A stretch of DNA of 47,384 nt, taken from assembly GCF_001194135.2 (NCBI RefSeq), contig NC_069007.1, positions 1,528,113-1,575,496 of the forward strand, in the 5' to 3' direction. The position numbers and the translations under genes were made by a program. Shown here piece after piece: positions 22,430 through 36,856 of the stretch (positions are counted from its first letter, which is position 1; the number at the start of each line of letters is the position of its first letter). This DNA is from Octopus bimaculoides. Lineage: Eukaryota. Under the pieces are notes generated by a model. It had not been told where the DNA came from and ran no database searches. It saw nothing but the letters and a program-made list of their open reading frames with translations.

Positions 22430-22670
22430 CTTAAGAGTAAATATGGAAGTCCCCATTGAGAGTATTTTGTGAGGGGGAAAAGTTTTTTCGACAATGTTCG
22501 AGTGCTTGTGCATCGATATTGTTCAACCATTTCAAGTAAGGCATCATCTTCCACAGCAGGTCTTTAGGACTTTCATTTGTCTTCGAGGCTGCTGTCCCCT
22601 TCCTTGAGTTCTTTGAACAAGTTTTGTAGCACAGGTTCGTTGACCCTTTCGGGGCCTTCCACATCATTAC
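22430..22670 (-). mobile_element. Mariner transposase fragment (pseudogenised)
   Basis: Minus strand reads LFKELKEGDSSLEDK then, after a frameshift, RPAVEDDALLEMVEQYRCTSTRTLSKKL, matching the mariner HTH region F..GD.SLED..RSGRP..VDDD.L...VE.NP..STR.L. Confidence 0.75.
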
Positions 22671-24169
22671 TTATTTATTTATTATTTTGTCGCTGCTGCT
22701 GTTGCACTAAGTCTATAGCGCAACCATATCCAACTGAATTAGAGGTTGAAAAGATGGAAATCAATTCCTACTGTAAGATTTTGATGAAGCGTATACTTCC
22801 CGATCCGTGACAGGGGGAATCCTGGTCCTTAACATTTTGATATGGACAACACATGTGAAAATTAGTTGTTACTGTCTAACACACGGTTCAAGACTATATT
22901 GGTGCGAAATGAAATAATATTGATTAAGCAGAAATCCTAAATCAATGGACTATAAGTGAGCAAAATTCAACAGACTGAATAGTTTACAACACTTTGTGTA
23001 ATTCGACAAATGGACAAACGAGGTCGAGTATTCTGGAAACAAGGAATACACTCTAGGGGTCACTGAGGAGGGAGAGCTGGCGACGATGAATGAGTTGACA
23101 GATAACTGGTTTCCTTTGCGTGAGATGTAGGCTAAAATGCTATTGGTCAGTTAAAATTATCATGGGTCATAATAATAGTTTGCGGAACACAACAGGTTTC
23201 CAATCAATCAGAATTACACTTACAGTGATGTACAGACATACAAATGCGTGTGCGTGCATATGTATGTATGTGTATGTGTACGTCGGTTCGTGTGTGAGTG
23301 CGTGAGTGTGTGGACGTATTTATATATGCATGTAAGTTTACTCACCTAGCATGTTCTATTTATTCTCTTCGCTCCACAAAACCTATAAATGTGTATTCAG
23401 GTCTGATTCAGATCATGTGAGTGTGCAAATGGACACATTGACCGAAACTCACATTAAAGGGTTTCATAAACACAACAACCAAATCAGTGGAGTAATATCT
23501 GGAGGGGAAGAAGGCATTACCAGTGACGTTGGTTGTCTGTCTATTCAGGACAAAACACATAGTGAGAGTTTTGCACTTGGCGATTGTACACAGCGCAGCG
23601 AATTACTCGGAGAACATTGACAGAAATTTGGAAGAGATTTTTTCTGCAAGCACAATGTATGTCTAGCAATAAACTGTATTTGCCCCCTAAAATTGCCTGT
23701 CTTGTTTAGAAATTAAATCCATGTTGACACATCCCTGCTGACCATGTGAGACTGAGACAAGCAAATCGATATATTGTTGCCTTCATCTAGCATGATATTA
23801 ATGGCCGTAATTTAGATGTAATATGCAGAAATCTCAGTGGTAATTCTGTTTAAAAAGCCCGACATGAAAGGGCCTTAAGCATCATTATGAAAGATACAAA
23901 ATACCATTCGGTCAAATCATAACGTCTCTCACATAATTATAATGAGCTGTAAGTAGACTTAAACAGCGGTGACTGTAAATTACATTTTCGGTTCCTTTAT
24001 TTACCACTCAAATATAATGACATATATAGAAATGTATGAACAAGAATATTGATTACGAGTGCATACATATGAAACCAAATACGTACGTATATACTTGTGT
24101 AGTCGTATATGACTATCTAAACGAATGCACGTTTGAACAACTCGAATATCAGATAATTATATGGTCACA

Positions 24170-24200
<31 letters not shown>

Positions 24201-24532
24201 CACATGTATGTAAGCATATCGATATGAAAGTAAACAGACAGACAAACAGACGGATAGGTAGATATGTCATATGAACAGACATGCACACATACACACACAA
24301 AGACACAGACATACTCAGACATGCACACACACACACAGAAGTACACACAAAATACACAAACATAGACAAACCCATATATATGCAGAATTATATGCGTGTG
24401 GGTGTGTATGTGTGCGTATATATATATATGCATACATACATATATGTAGAGATACATGCATATGCATACATACACACATACATCTACACATACATACTTA
24501 CAGGCGGACAGACTGCCAGACGAACACACACA

Positions 24533-24563
<31 letters not shown>

Positions 24564-24564
<1 letters not shown>

Positions 24565-25423
24565 NNNNNNNNNNNNNNNNNNNNNNNNNNNNNNNNNNNN
24601 NNNNNNNNNNNNNNNNNNNNNNNNNNNNNNNNNNNNNNNNNNNNNNNNNNNNNNNNNNNNNNNNNNNNNNNNNNNNNNNNNNNNNNNNNNNNNNNNNNNN
24701 NNNNNNNNNNNNNNNNNNNNNNNNNNNNNNNNNNNNNNNNNNNNNNNNNNNNNNNNNNNNNNNNNNNNNNNNNNNNNNNNNNNNNNNNNNNNNNNNNNNN
24801 NNNNNNNNNNNNNNNNNNNNNNNNNNNNNNNNNNNNNNNNNNNNNNNNNNNNNNNNNNNNNNNNNNNNNNNNNNNNNNNNNNNNNNNNNNNNNNNNNNNN
24901 NNNNNNNNNNNNNNNNNNNNNNNNNNNNNNNNNNNNNNNNNNNNNNNNNNNNNNNNNNNNNNNNNNNNNNNNNNNNNNNNNNNNNNNNNNNNNNNNNNNN
25001 NNNNNNNNNNNNNNNNNNNNNNNNNNNNNNNNNNNNNNNNNNNNNNNNNNNNNNNNNNNNNNNNNNNNNNNNNNNNNNNNNNNNNNNNNNNNNNNNNNNN
25101 NNNNNNNNNNNNNNNNNNNNNNNNNNNNNNNNNNNNNNNNNNNNNNNNNNNNNNNNNNNNNNNNNNNNNNNNNNNNNNNNNNNNNNNNNNNNNNNNNNNN
25201 NNNNNNNNNNNNNNNNNNNNNNNNNNNNNNNNNNNNNNNNNNNNNNNNNNNNNNNNNNNNNNNNNNNNNNNNNNNNNNNNNNNNNNNNNNNNNNNNNNNN
25301 NNNNNNNNNNNNNNNNNNNNNNNNNNNNNNNNNNNNNNNNNNNNNNNNNNNNNNNNNNNNNNNNNNNNNNNNNNNNNNNNNNNNNNNNNNNNNNNNNNNN
25401 NNNNNNNNNNNNNNNNNNNNNNN
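24564..25423. other. Largest assembly gap; ten further gaps near 3575, 8697, 9127, 16426, 32263, 33893, 35642, 37074, 38644, 42227
   Basis: N-runs flanked by simple repeats; exons could be hidden in them. Confidence 0.99.
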
Positions 25424-25464
<41 letters not shown>

Positions 25465-27136
25465 TGTGTGTGTGTGTGAGAGAGAGTAGGAATTTACAAA
25501 AAAAAACAGAAGACGATGACAGGTGTGTAAACAACAAACAGGTGTATTAGTTTAACGCTCTGGGATGTGAGAAAGTATTTTATATTTCGAGCCTACGCTC
25601 CTCAACAGAACTGAACACGAGAAAATAGAGAGAATAAAAAAAGGTTTAGTGGTTACAATGTCCGGATTAAGAGAAAACGGAGTCAAAAAACAAAAGGAGT
25701 AATGGTGGTTGTCTACTTACTCCTTATGCAGAATGTGCCTACCTCTGGTACTTACACTTTAGATCCATTATGGAGATTTATGTGTGTTTTTTTTTTCAAC
25801 CAGACCCTGTATTGAAAAGACATCCACATAGATTGCATTTCCGATTTGGACCACCATGAGCTGCTGTTAAGTTTTGATTTTGTGGCTCTTAGAATATCTT
25901 TTGAGGCCTCCGTTAGATTTGCAGACCTTATGGCATACACGGCATTGAAAGAGGCATTCCTGCTTGACCAATAATGTTGTGTCCACATCATGAACAAGTT
26001 ATGGCGTAGATTAATTGTCGGGTGAACAGGTAAACTTAGTCTTAATTTTTAATATTTATCCTCGTTTTAAATTGCATTCTGAACCTTCCAGTATATTGAG
26101 ATATGTTTCACAATTAGGTCGCCTGAATCTTTCAACTCTTGGTTCCGTTGTTGCTGCGTAAAATTTCGCAGTTCTGTGTATTAACTTTTGCGGTTTTAGT
26201 TTTCATTTTGTACTTTAGAGTGAATGTGTGTGTGCCAAGAATTTAGTTCAGCTTAGGGTCCTTAGTGACTATGGTTAAATTTTGAATAATAGTGTTACAC
26301 ACCTCATTGTTTATAGGGTTGTGGGTAGAAATATATTGTATTTTAAATCGGGTGTGTTATTCCGTCTTCTCCTAATGTCTAGATATCAATGCTCAACATT
26401 CATCATATCAATATATTTAAATATATAGATGCATATAACATTTTAGATATATACATACATATAAAATATTTAAATATACACATAAATATAACATATTTAA
26501 ATGTATACATGCATATAACGTTTTACCGTGTTCGTATATATAACATATTTATATGCACAAATACACGGTATATGCAAAGTATATACTTGTATAACGTTTA
26601 AATTCTTAAGACTATATGCCTGTGTGTATGTGTGTTAGAGAGAGAGGTTTGAGTAAGTGAAAACATGTTTATGAGCGTATATCTATAGCGTATCCGAATA
26701 AAGTCGACATAAAACATAAGCAGCAATTCTCGGCCTTGCCTAAGTTCATTAATCCCGAAGATAAACATAGTCACACGAATTCATTATATTATGAATGAAT
26801 TGCTTTCGAAAGATATTGATAATCTTCAGTTGTTTGGGGAGTGTTGATTGATTAGAATTATGGAACCCGAGCTACTCGGAAAATGCTTCAAGCTGAGCTT
26901 CAAAGAAACACGCGCAGGAATATATAAATAAAACACATAAATTAGCGCAAAATGTGGAAAATGAAAACATAAATTTTAGTTTTACGTATTTTTTGTAATT
27001 TTCTTGAAAAGCATGCTTGAATTTTAAAATGCTACTAATTTACATAATTACATAAATTATTTCCTTAATCAATATCTTTCTGCGATATATATTACTTTAC
27101 TTGTGGGTATACAACCAATTTTCGCGTGTCTTTCAG

Positions 27137-27268
27137 GAACTACGAAGAACGAATTCCTGCTCTTTCCTGCGATGCAGGAAGAAACATTATCCTGGACATG
27201 GGAATTCAGAAATAATTCCAGTGGTTTTATGTTCTTGCGTGTTTGAAAACGAAAAGCCCAATAGAATC
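27137..27268 (+). other. Candidate 132-bp internal exon of an unidentified gene (ELRRTNSCSFLRCRKKHYPGHGNSEIIPVVLCSCVFENEKPNRI)
   Basis: ttttcgcgtgtctttcag| acceptor, |gtaagt donor, length divisible by 3, phase-0 frame open; no family recognised. Confidence 0.3.
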
Positions 27269-28769
27269 GTAAGTTATTAGAAATTCCATGCCTTACCTAT
27301 TACTGCTTAAATTTCAGTCCGGAGGTGTTAATACTATCCTCGAGATTTAATCTGTTTGAAAACTGCAAACATTTTGTGCAATGAATAGCTTCTATTCTTT
27401 TCTACTAAAATTTACAAATGGTTTTGTAAGCATTTCATTGTGAACCACACAATGTAACCAATATTTTACAATCTCAAAGTAGAACAACGGCCACTGCCAG
27501 CAGCCAATCAGGCACACAACGGCCAAATGCATAACAATCTCAATCTAACCCGTTGGTAAATAACATTCTTCTCATTTTTTAATATCACATTATCGTCATC
27601 TGAATACAAGAAGGTATCCGAACGATGAGATATGACTACTCGCTTTATTAAAACATTAACTAATGATTTTATAATGCAGTGTAATAAATGAATACGTATA
27701 TATATATATATATATATATATACGTGTGTGCCTGTGTGTATTTGGGCGTGTGTATATATATACACATGTATGTATGTGTGTCATTGTTCAGTTCTATTTC
27801 AAGAGTTCTTGCCAATACAGAAAGAGCCGGTTTCTAACCTAGATTCAAGGCTCCTTTATTGGACTTTTTAAATAGACAACAGAATATGTTTGTATGTATG
27901 TAGGTATGTATGTATGTATGTAGGTAGGTAGGTAGGTAGGTATGTATGTGCAGATTTGCTTTTTTTATGTATGTATTCTCATGCATAGTTACATATCTAG
28001 AATGCTCATATATATTTAAATAATAAACTTCTGGAAGGTTTTACAGATTTCTACAGTTCTAGTGACGGATAGGATCTGTACTCTTCGAATTAGCATTCTC
28101 ATAAACGCTAGAGAATTTGAATGGGTTAACGAAACCTACGTAACTAAACTTTACTTAGACTGTTGTTTCCTTGTGAAGATGGGTCTTTCCGCCCGAAATA
28201 TTAACGTTTTATTACACTCCCCACATTGTCAGAAGCTTTCTATTTTCTCTTTCTTTACCCACTTCATTTCAATTTGCTCCAGTCCACACATCTGTAAAAA
28301 GGAACCAGTCCGACGAACTCGCTCTTCTGTTCGCCTATTCGTCTAGCAATTGGAGAGGAATCATTCAAATGCTAAAACGATGAAAAGCGAATTTTGACCA
28401 GCGTTATATAACATCCGATAGTACGGCTTATCGCTTCATCACGTGGCTTATAGCATTAACCTGACTCATCTAGAATATTACAAAGCAGAAGCATGGACCA
28501 CGTGACGCTTTCAGTACGCAATTTACTATTACGTACGGACGTAACATCTACACAGTAACATCTCTAACTTATTCTTCTCTTAATCTGCCAAAATTAATGC
28601 GATACTCATAAATTATTCAAATCTGCGTGAAATATTCTATCAAAATTTTCTAATAAAATCCAAGAAACCCTTTATTTTAAGCTTAATACCTTATTATATT
28701 GATCCGTATTAATACTTGCGTTTATGTACGTATCTGTAAATATTTGTATGTGTGTGTATGTATGTGTGT

Positions 28770-28802
<33 letters not shown>

Positions 28803-28839
28803 TGATCAGTATTAATACGTGTGTATATGTACGTATTTA

Positions 28840-28896
<57 letters not shown>

Positions 28897-29779
28897 GTGC
28901 GTACGTGCGTGAGTGTGTGTGCGTGAACGCGCGCGTTTGGTCGTGTTTCACACATTAATCCTTGAATCCATTCTTACGCATTCATTGGCAGCCATTTTAG
29001 TTTATTGTGTAAATGTTATCATATTTAGAGTTAAAAAGAAAAAATGACTTTTTTTTCTGATGAGAAATTTTAATTTAAACGTTAAAATGGTGTGGGGCGG
29101 CGGGATTTAATCTTCAAAAAGACATGCAAATCATAAAAGTAAGAAACGGTTATCAGTTTGGCCAAAAATATGACTTAGTGGTAGAAATTTTTTATTTTGC
29201 TGATTAAGATTTTAATTAATAAGACTTCTTTAATCAAATAGCAGATCCCAATGCGAAAATATTCACTAATGAAATATAAAAGAAGAAATCAATTGTCAGT
29301 AATGAGAAATTCTATTTTTGAAAAACCAAACAGAAGAGAAATCATACGATACGAAAGGTGAACCGAGGTGATAAGACAAGAAACTGAAGGTGCCATACAA
29401 TAATTTTCTATGAACGTGTGAATGTGCATATCTACATGCGTATATGTGTGTATATATGTGTGTGTGTGTGTGTGTGTTTGTATACATATGTGTAATTTGG
29501 CAAGTCACAACAGCAAATTCTTGGATGTTGTTTCTGCTAAATGTATATATAGCGAGTGTACAAGCAAAATTGATCAAATTTTAGATTCAAGTTCGAATCT
29601 TTGGATGCAACGAATGCTTAAAAATAACTTAAAGGAAGTATCAGCGGTTTTTCTAACGCTGCTGGACGTTGCTATGAGCAAAACATATGTTGATTACCCT
29701 CTAAGCTCACAAGAAGAATTGTGAAGTTGATCATGGGTGAAAATAATATTTTCATAAATAATTAACCATAGCTCAGCGT

Positions 29780-30420
29780 TGGAAGCTTATAAAGGACTAG
29801 AATAAATTTCGAATGGCAGCTTAGTGCCAGATGAATCTTGGCCGAAATCATACATGTTAGGCACCAAGAGTTGCTCTTCTTTTGGCGATGACTTTCTCAA
29901 TCCGCTTCCTGACAGCTTACAAGTTTTCTTAATTAATTCCTCATCAATATCCTCCTCCTACGCCCTACAGATAGAAATTCTGAGGGATTGTGCCTTAGTG
30001 TGGGGCTTCTCACAAGCTTTTCTGACCATTTCCATCTTGATCCTGAAGTCTAAAGTCAGGTGATGAAGGGGGTCAAGTGTTCTTATCCTAAACCTGTTCC
30101 TAAATATGTCTCTGAGAAATTTCTGAGCCACTGCACTAGTGGGATAAGGAGCTGCATCTTGCTGGAATGTAAACTTGACGTCCTCACCAGTCTGATAGAG
30201 TTTCCCTCATTTCTTGCCTCAGGATATTCAGAGAGAATCGAGGTCTTTACATCATTCAAAATCTGAACATTACAAACTCCTGTCAGTCTCTCACCTTTCG
30301 CAAACCTGGACGATGGTATGTTGTTGTCATCACAGGCCATGCAGGATAAAATGGACATTTTGACTGGGGTTTGCACCTGAAAATTACGTTTTTGACTCTC
30401 TCCTGAGTATCCGAAGACAG
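29780..30420 (-). mobile_element. RTE-like LINE endonuclease-to-linker relic
   Basis: Minus frame FAKGERLTGVC...L...KT...P.AR...TSS....MQLLIP..W....ETYLGTGLG*EHL resembles RTE GLG.RN.RGERL.EFC...TW.SP...NQIDYIL...W...TY.GAD..SDH; stops and frameshifts present. Confidence 0.5.
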
Positions 30421-30431
30421 AACTCTTGAGT

Positions 30432-30755
30432 TGCATTCGATAAGGTCGAACATCCCTACTTGGAAGCAATCCAGAAAGCAGGCATTTCAAACCCTTTCTC
30501 AGAGGTTATATCGCTGCAATGCACAGCAGCTCTTGTTCAGTGGTGAAAGTAAACGGCCACCTATCGGAGCAGTTTGGCATCGCACGCTTGGTCAGTCAGG
30601 GCTGCCCGCTGTGGATCCTTCTATATGTATTGGCACTCGAGCTACTGTTGCGGAAGTTGTAACAGCTAAGGGGCATCTCTTCGAACTGGGACAAGGAAGG
30701 GCTATGCCAGCTTACACAGACAATGTCACCCTCATGGTGTCGGACCATAAATAAA
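30432..30755 (+). mobile_element. L1/Tx1-clade LINE reverse-transcriptase fragment
   Basis: AFDKVEHPYLEAIQKAG ... IAAMHSSSCSVVKVNGHLSEQFGIARLVSQGCPLWILLYVLALELLLRKL* ... AYTDNVTLMV, i.e. RT motifs KAFDRV, RQGCPLSPLLY, YADD (established); stop and frameshifts. Confidence 0.85.
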
Positions 30756-31186
30756 ATTAAATAGATATGTTCTCCTTTGTATAAATCCTATCAAAATTAA
30801 TCTACCTTTTGCCCGTAACTACCCTGTTATTTATTCTCAAGTGTCGACTGTCCAAATCAAACAACCGACATTTGTATCAGAGATATGGCAGATATCAAAG
30901 AATTATAATTAAATGCTTTATCAAAGTGTTTAGTGTTTGTAAATAATGACAAACTACATATTTTTCCAAAAAAAAAATGTATTTACTATTCTGTCACTTA
31001 CTCTCTCTTCTCCGCTCCTCTCATCCGCCACATTTTCACTCTTTTCCTGCTTACCGTTTCTAAATGTAGCATTGTGTTACTCATTGCATGTAACCAAGCC
31101 TGATATATACACTCACACTTCATCTCTTATGTTAAATCTGTACGTATATATATGTCTACATACACACATGCATATATATGTCTCCG

Positions 31187-31238
<52 letters not shown>

Positions 31239-32219
31239 TGTGTGTGTGTGTGTGCGCGTGCTACGTTTGTGTGTGTACGTATCGGTTTGTGTGTTTATAT
31301 ATAAATACACGTGTGTGTTTTTATGTGTGGATCAGCATTTACAGTATTTCATTTAAATTCAAGCATATTTAGTCTAGCCGTATCTTTCCATTTCTATATC
31401 TCACATTCTCATGAAGTCCTCTTTCATTAAACTTAACCTTTATCTCATCATTTATATCTCTATTTTATTTTCATTTTCTATTTCTGAAAGTTTCTCTTTT
31501 TGTTGGCCCCTGACGGTGTGCGTTTGCCCGTGCGTGTGTGAGTGAGTGTCTGCATCAGTGTGTGTGTGTGTGTCTGCTGATATCCGCATGAACATGTTGT
31601 ATATTTCAGTATCCGTCGCCAAATATATACATCTGTCTTAATATGTACACGAGGCTATTCGTCTCTGTTTGACTGGTGATGTGTATATGCATGAATGCAC
31701 CTATATATGTATATATCTTTTCCTCTTTCGATTTATATGCGTCTGTGTGTGGATGTGTGTCTGAGTGAATATACCTCTATACCATTATGCTTGCCTGTCT
31801 CACAGTAAGCGTGTGTACGTTTCGATGTGTCTCAATATGAGTAAGCTATATATTTGTCTGTAGGCGTGCGATGTGATCTTAGTGGAGATGTAAGCGTCTA
31901 CATGTGATGTCACTGTTTATTTATACTTTCTTTTAAAATTATCTTCACCTTTTTTCTTTTTTTTTTCTCGTTCCAAACGTTATCAAAACGAGTGATCCTC
32001 TTTCAAATATATTTATTTAAATTTTATATTGAGCTTATATTTCACATCAATAAACTTTGTAACCTTTCAAAACAAATCAAGCTGTCTGTACAGATGCAAC
32101 CAAAATTACTGCATAGTCATAAATGCGATATCCAGACATTTAATGCACAAACGAATATGCGTACACACTTCCATATATATATATATATATATACATATAT
32201 ATCTATATCTATCTATCTA

Positions 32220-32262
<43 letters not shown>

Positions 32263-32593
32263 NNNNNNNNNNNNNNNNNNNNNNNNNNNNNNNNNNNNNN
32301 NNNNNNNNNNNNNNNNNNNNNNNNNNNNNNNNNNNNNNNNNNNNNNNNNNNNNNNNNNNNNNNNNNNNNNNNNNNNNNNNNNNNNNNNNNNNNNNNNNNN
32401 NNNNNNNNNNNNNNNNNNNNNNNNNNNNNNNNNNNNNNNNNNNNNNNNNNNNNNNNNNNNNNNNNNNNNNNNNNNNNNNNNNNNNNNNNNNNNNNNNNNN
32501 NNNNNNNNNNNNNNNNNNNNNNNNNNNNNNNNNNNNNNNNNNNNNNNNNNNNNNNNNNNNNNNNNNNNNNNTATATATATATATATATATATA

Positions 32594-32624
<31 letters not shown>

Positions 32625-33992
32625 ATATAAGGAATTCAGCTTATCTACCCAGCCATGATGGTTATAGATTGATATCCTTGTACAAGGAAGAGCTCCACTA
32701 TAACTAAACTTCCGCGGGGACGAGTTGTGTATTCCTTATTGTCCTTCGCCCCATACGGTAAAATGTATAAGAATACTCTACAAAGTGTAACGTTACTTCA
32801 TAAATGAATTACAAAGGAACAGGACAATGATGCTTAATTCTGGCTGCACGGGTTCTAATGCACCAAGCTTCTGTGTGTTTATGAAAATTCATAGCTAACC
32901 CGCGGTATGTTGTCATTCATTTGTATATGTATATATGCAATGAACTGTTACGTGATAGAAAATTCAACAGGGAAAGTACTCCATTCGGTGAGAGACATGT
33001 ATGATTCATATAAAAGGCAGAATGCATGTATTTAAAGTTTACGAATAGTTTCATACGTTGAGAAATACATAAACATACCTTTACGTCTTAGCTTTTGTAC
33101 TTTCCTTTTCTGTTTATCGTTTACCGTATTTTACATTCTGTGTTTTCTATATGCTGCCTTCTTAGATTCTTTTTTTTTTGTGTGTTTTGTCTATTATTAA
33201 ATTTTTTAGTTCGTTATAATATGTGGCTTATGCCTGATGATGCGTTTGAATCGATCTCAACATATGAAACGCTTAATAGCATTTAAATACATGTATTGTG
33301 TCCCTCAAATAATATATGTATGTATATATGTATTTGGTACCTAGTTAGGTCGGAATAGAATGCACACAAATACAACAATGACAGATAAATACCAACCTCG
33401 GTGGAGAGGTACAGACAGAATGATATCTGGGTAATGTATGAAGCCAAATTGAGCTAGCCAGCCACTTACATTTTATTAATTACGCAGTCCACGCAAGTGG
33501 CAGGTTCGGGGAGGGGTAAATTATAAATAAGTCAGTAACAATTGATAAATAGGTGTCAGTTCATTATAACCATGTCTAACGAATTTTTTAATTGACCAAT
33601 AAGTGCATTATATCATTATGAAATAACAATTTTTTTATTGATTTTGTTTTTCCAGCTGAATCAATGAATTTTACAATCAACATAGTATTTAAGCGAACAT
33701 CATAGCTACAGTGCCATGATGTTGATATCATTTTTCAGAATTTTGCAATTTATTTCTATTGCGATACTTACTCTTCAAAATCACATCACCAATGCTAATG
33801 ACTTTGCCATTCACAATAAGAGTTTCAACGTCTGTTAACAATTACTTAGAACTAATGTTTCAGGTGCGTTGAAATAACTTGACGAGAGCGGGNNNNNNNN
33901 NNNNNNNNNNNNNNNNNNNNNNNNNNNNNNNNNNNNNNNNNNNNNNNNNNNNNNNNNNNNNNNNNNNNNNNNNNNNNNNNNNNNNNNNNNNN

Positions 33993-34025
<33 letters not shown>

Positions 34026-34334
34026 ATACACATATATGTATAAATATATGTGTATATACATGTTGTATTTGTATGTATATGTGTATTTACATATCAATAT
34101 ATGTGTAAGGATATATGTGTTTATTCATACGCTCATAAATATATATATATATATAAATACACACTTATCTTGATGTATATTCATTTACGCATATAACTAC
34201 ATATGTACATGTTCACATACATACGCACATAACACCTAGATAAATGTGTATATATTTGTATATATATTTATATACACATCATATATATCTGTGTATGTGA
34301 ATGTGTGTTTGTTTGCTTGTTTGTGTATGTGTGT

Positions 34335-34367
<33 letters not shown>

Positions 34368-35469
34368 AGCATTTATGTACGTATTTGTGTGTGCCTGTGT
34401 CTGTGTGTACGCGTATATGTTCGAATGTTATGCAATATGCATGATGTTTCATGTAAGTTTCATTGAAATATCGATCCTTTTTCAGATTAATTTGTGCTTC
34501 TGACAGACATGAGATATAACTCGCCTCTGCTGTAGTTTGATCTCAAAAACCTCCAGTCCCTCCTCTTTCCCTTTTTACACAACATCACCAGTAACTGCAT
34601 TGTCGTACATCGACGCCAACGGCATAAAGTTGCCGGAGAATAAAAAAAAAACACTAAATACAAAAAAGAAATACAGAAATCTGACATTTTAGTAACCTCC
34701 AGACATTTGCCGGACGGAAAGACTATTCTGCTTCGAAATGAACAAAACTTGATCAGTTATTAGTGAAATAATGAGATTATAGTATTGGAGGACATTAAAC
34801 GTGGTCTGTTGGAAACAGGAAAATATTGGCATTTTACTATATTTCCTTTGGTGTAGGTTACACTATAAGAAAATATATGCTATACACTGTTGTACTAATA
34901 TGCATTTTGTACTATTTTTAGTTGTGCAGTGGAGTCTTTGCGCAGAAATCTTTGTCAAATTACACCCTATTGTCTAAAAGAAGACAAATTGTAAATATAA
35001 TATTGGGCAATGAAAGCTCATGGTATATAAACACAGATAGGGCTTGGGAGATCTGATTACCGCTAAAATGCTTTTGATGATAGTTTTAAATGAACGGGTT
35101 TGGAAATAGTGAGGAAAGAAAATGAAAATTAGTATCAGGAAGAGGAACAAGAATAACATCAATATTAAACGTAGCTGCGACACCTTAAACAACAAGAACA
35201 ACAAGAAGAGGGAGTGGAGAAAAATCTATTTTCTCAGCAAGAATAGGAATAACAATTGCACTCACAGTAATTACACTAATACCACTAAAAATACTACCAC
35301 CATGACTGGAAAGAATAGTGTACCATCGGAATCACTATGACCATCACCGTTGAAAACCGGGAGCGCCACCAAACACTGCAATCCCAAATTGTTTTAATTA
35401 TGTTAATACAATTTGTAATAATAGTCACATCGTTAGTACTGTTACTGTAACAACAACACTAATGGCAAA

Positions 35470-35641
35470 GTCAGCATCACCACGACCACCACCACGACCA
35501 CCACCACAATCACGACTAACAACATCAACAATCATCATCACCACGATCTCTACTATCACCACAACCACCAGCAACAGCACAACTACCACCATCACCACCA
35601 CCACCACCACCGCCACCAACACCACCACCACCACCACCAAC
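35470..35641. repeat. (ACC)n/(AAC)n triplet-rich tract running into a gap
   Basis: Direct inspection. Confidence 0.9.
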
Positions 35642-36856
35642 NNNNNNNNNNNNNNNNNNNNNNNNNNNNNNNNNNNNNNNNNNNNNNNNNNNNNNNNNNN
35701 NNNNNNNNNNNNNNNNNNNNNNNNNNNNNNNNNNNNNNNNNNNNNNNNNNNNNNNNNNNNNNNNNNNNNNNNNNNNNNNNNNNNNNNNNNNNNNNNNNNN
35801 NNNNNNNNNNNNNNNNNNNNNNNNNNNNNCCATAGCCAACGACAAGAAGGAAACCGCTCTCAGCAACGAACAACAACAGCAAAAACCCAAATGGATCCAC
35901 CAAACAACAACACCGTCTTCCTCCCTCGTACGAGTAGCTAACACCAAAAACATCAGTGGAACTACAAACGCTACCAACCCCACTAGTGAGGAAAAAAAAC
36001 AAAAAAACCCTACTAGTGCCGCCATCACCAACAACGATAGCAATTACCGTATCAATAGCAACGCCAATACCATTACCACGTCTACAGGCATATTGCAACG
36101 GCAACAATAGAAACGTCACTGTTACAGTTACAAACAATAAACCGGCAACAAGAAAACTGCCGCCAAAATAGCTACGAACAACATTCGCGTCTAAACAACG
36201 ATAATACGACTGCAGCAACAAGGACAACAACGTCACGTGAACGAGCGAACGTTTAAGTGCTCACACACCAAATCTATCTCAAAACCACACTTTCTCGCAT
36301 TGATTCTCGACCAGGGTCGGTCCACATTACGCTGGAGTGGGACCCATATAATATGTTGTTACGATTTATATGAAATAGATTCGTGAAGCTTCTATAATAC
36401 ACAAAATAGTTTTGAGAAATTTTATGCTATACTTAATATTATTTAATTCTAAAAAAATATAGTAAGATGTTATTTCTACCTCGAGTGGCTATGAGAGTCC
36501 AGAGAGTCGTTCGAAACATCCGTACACGTGAAGGTTGGCGGTACAATTTCTTTCATCATTGATCAACGCGTTCAAACAGTTCGAAATTAACATCAACAAA
36601 CAACGAGAGATGAAGAACAGGCAACGTGGTATAAATCGATTCTTATAAATATCAACGAAGTGTCCTTCATGCTGGTTCCTATTTCATGAATGGATTAAAT
36701 GTTCCAGAGACGTAATTGTCGCGATTAGAAGGAATTTTATGAGGATCTTACTGATAGAACAACAAATCGGTTCCGTTGGAGAAGATACTCTATGATATTT
36801 GTGCTGTTTTCTGTTGGAACGCATAGGCGTTCAAATCCCACCGAATCCAAAGTTTT

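Noticed and set aside
23351-23750. Possible LINE endonuclease relic or third Fem-1 fragment
   Set aside because: No ankyrin similarity, and the endonuclease resemblance is too weak to support a call.
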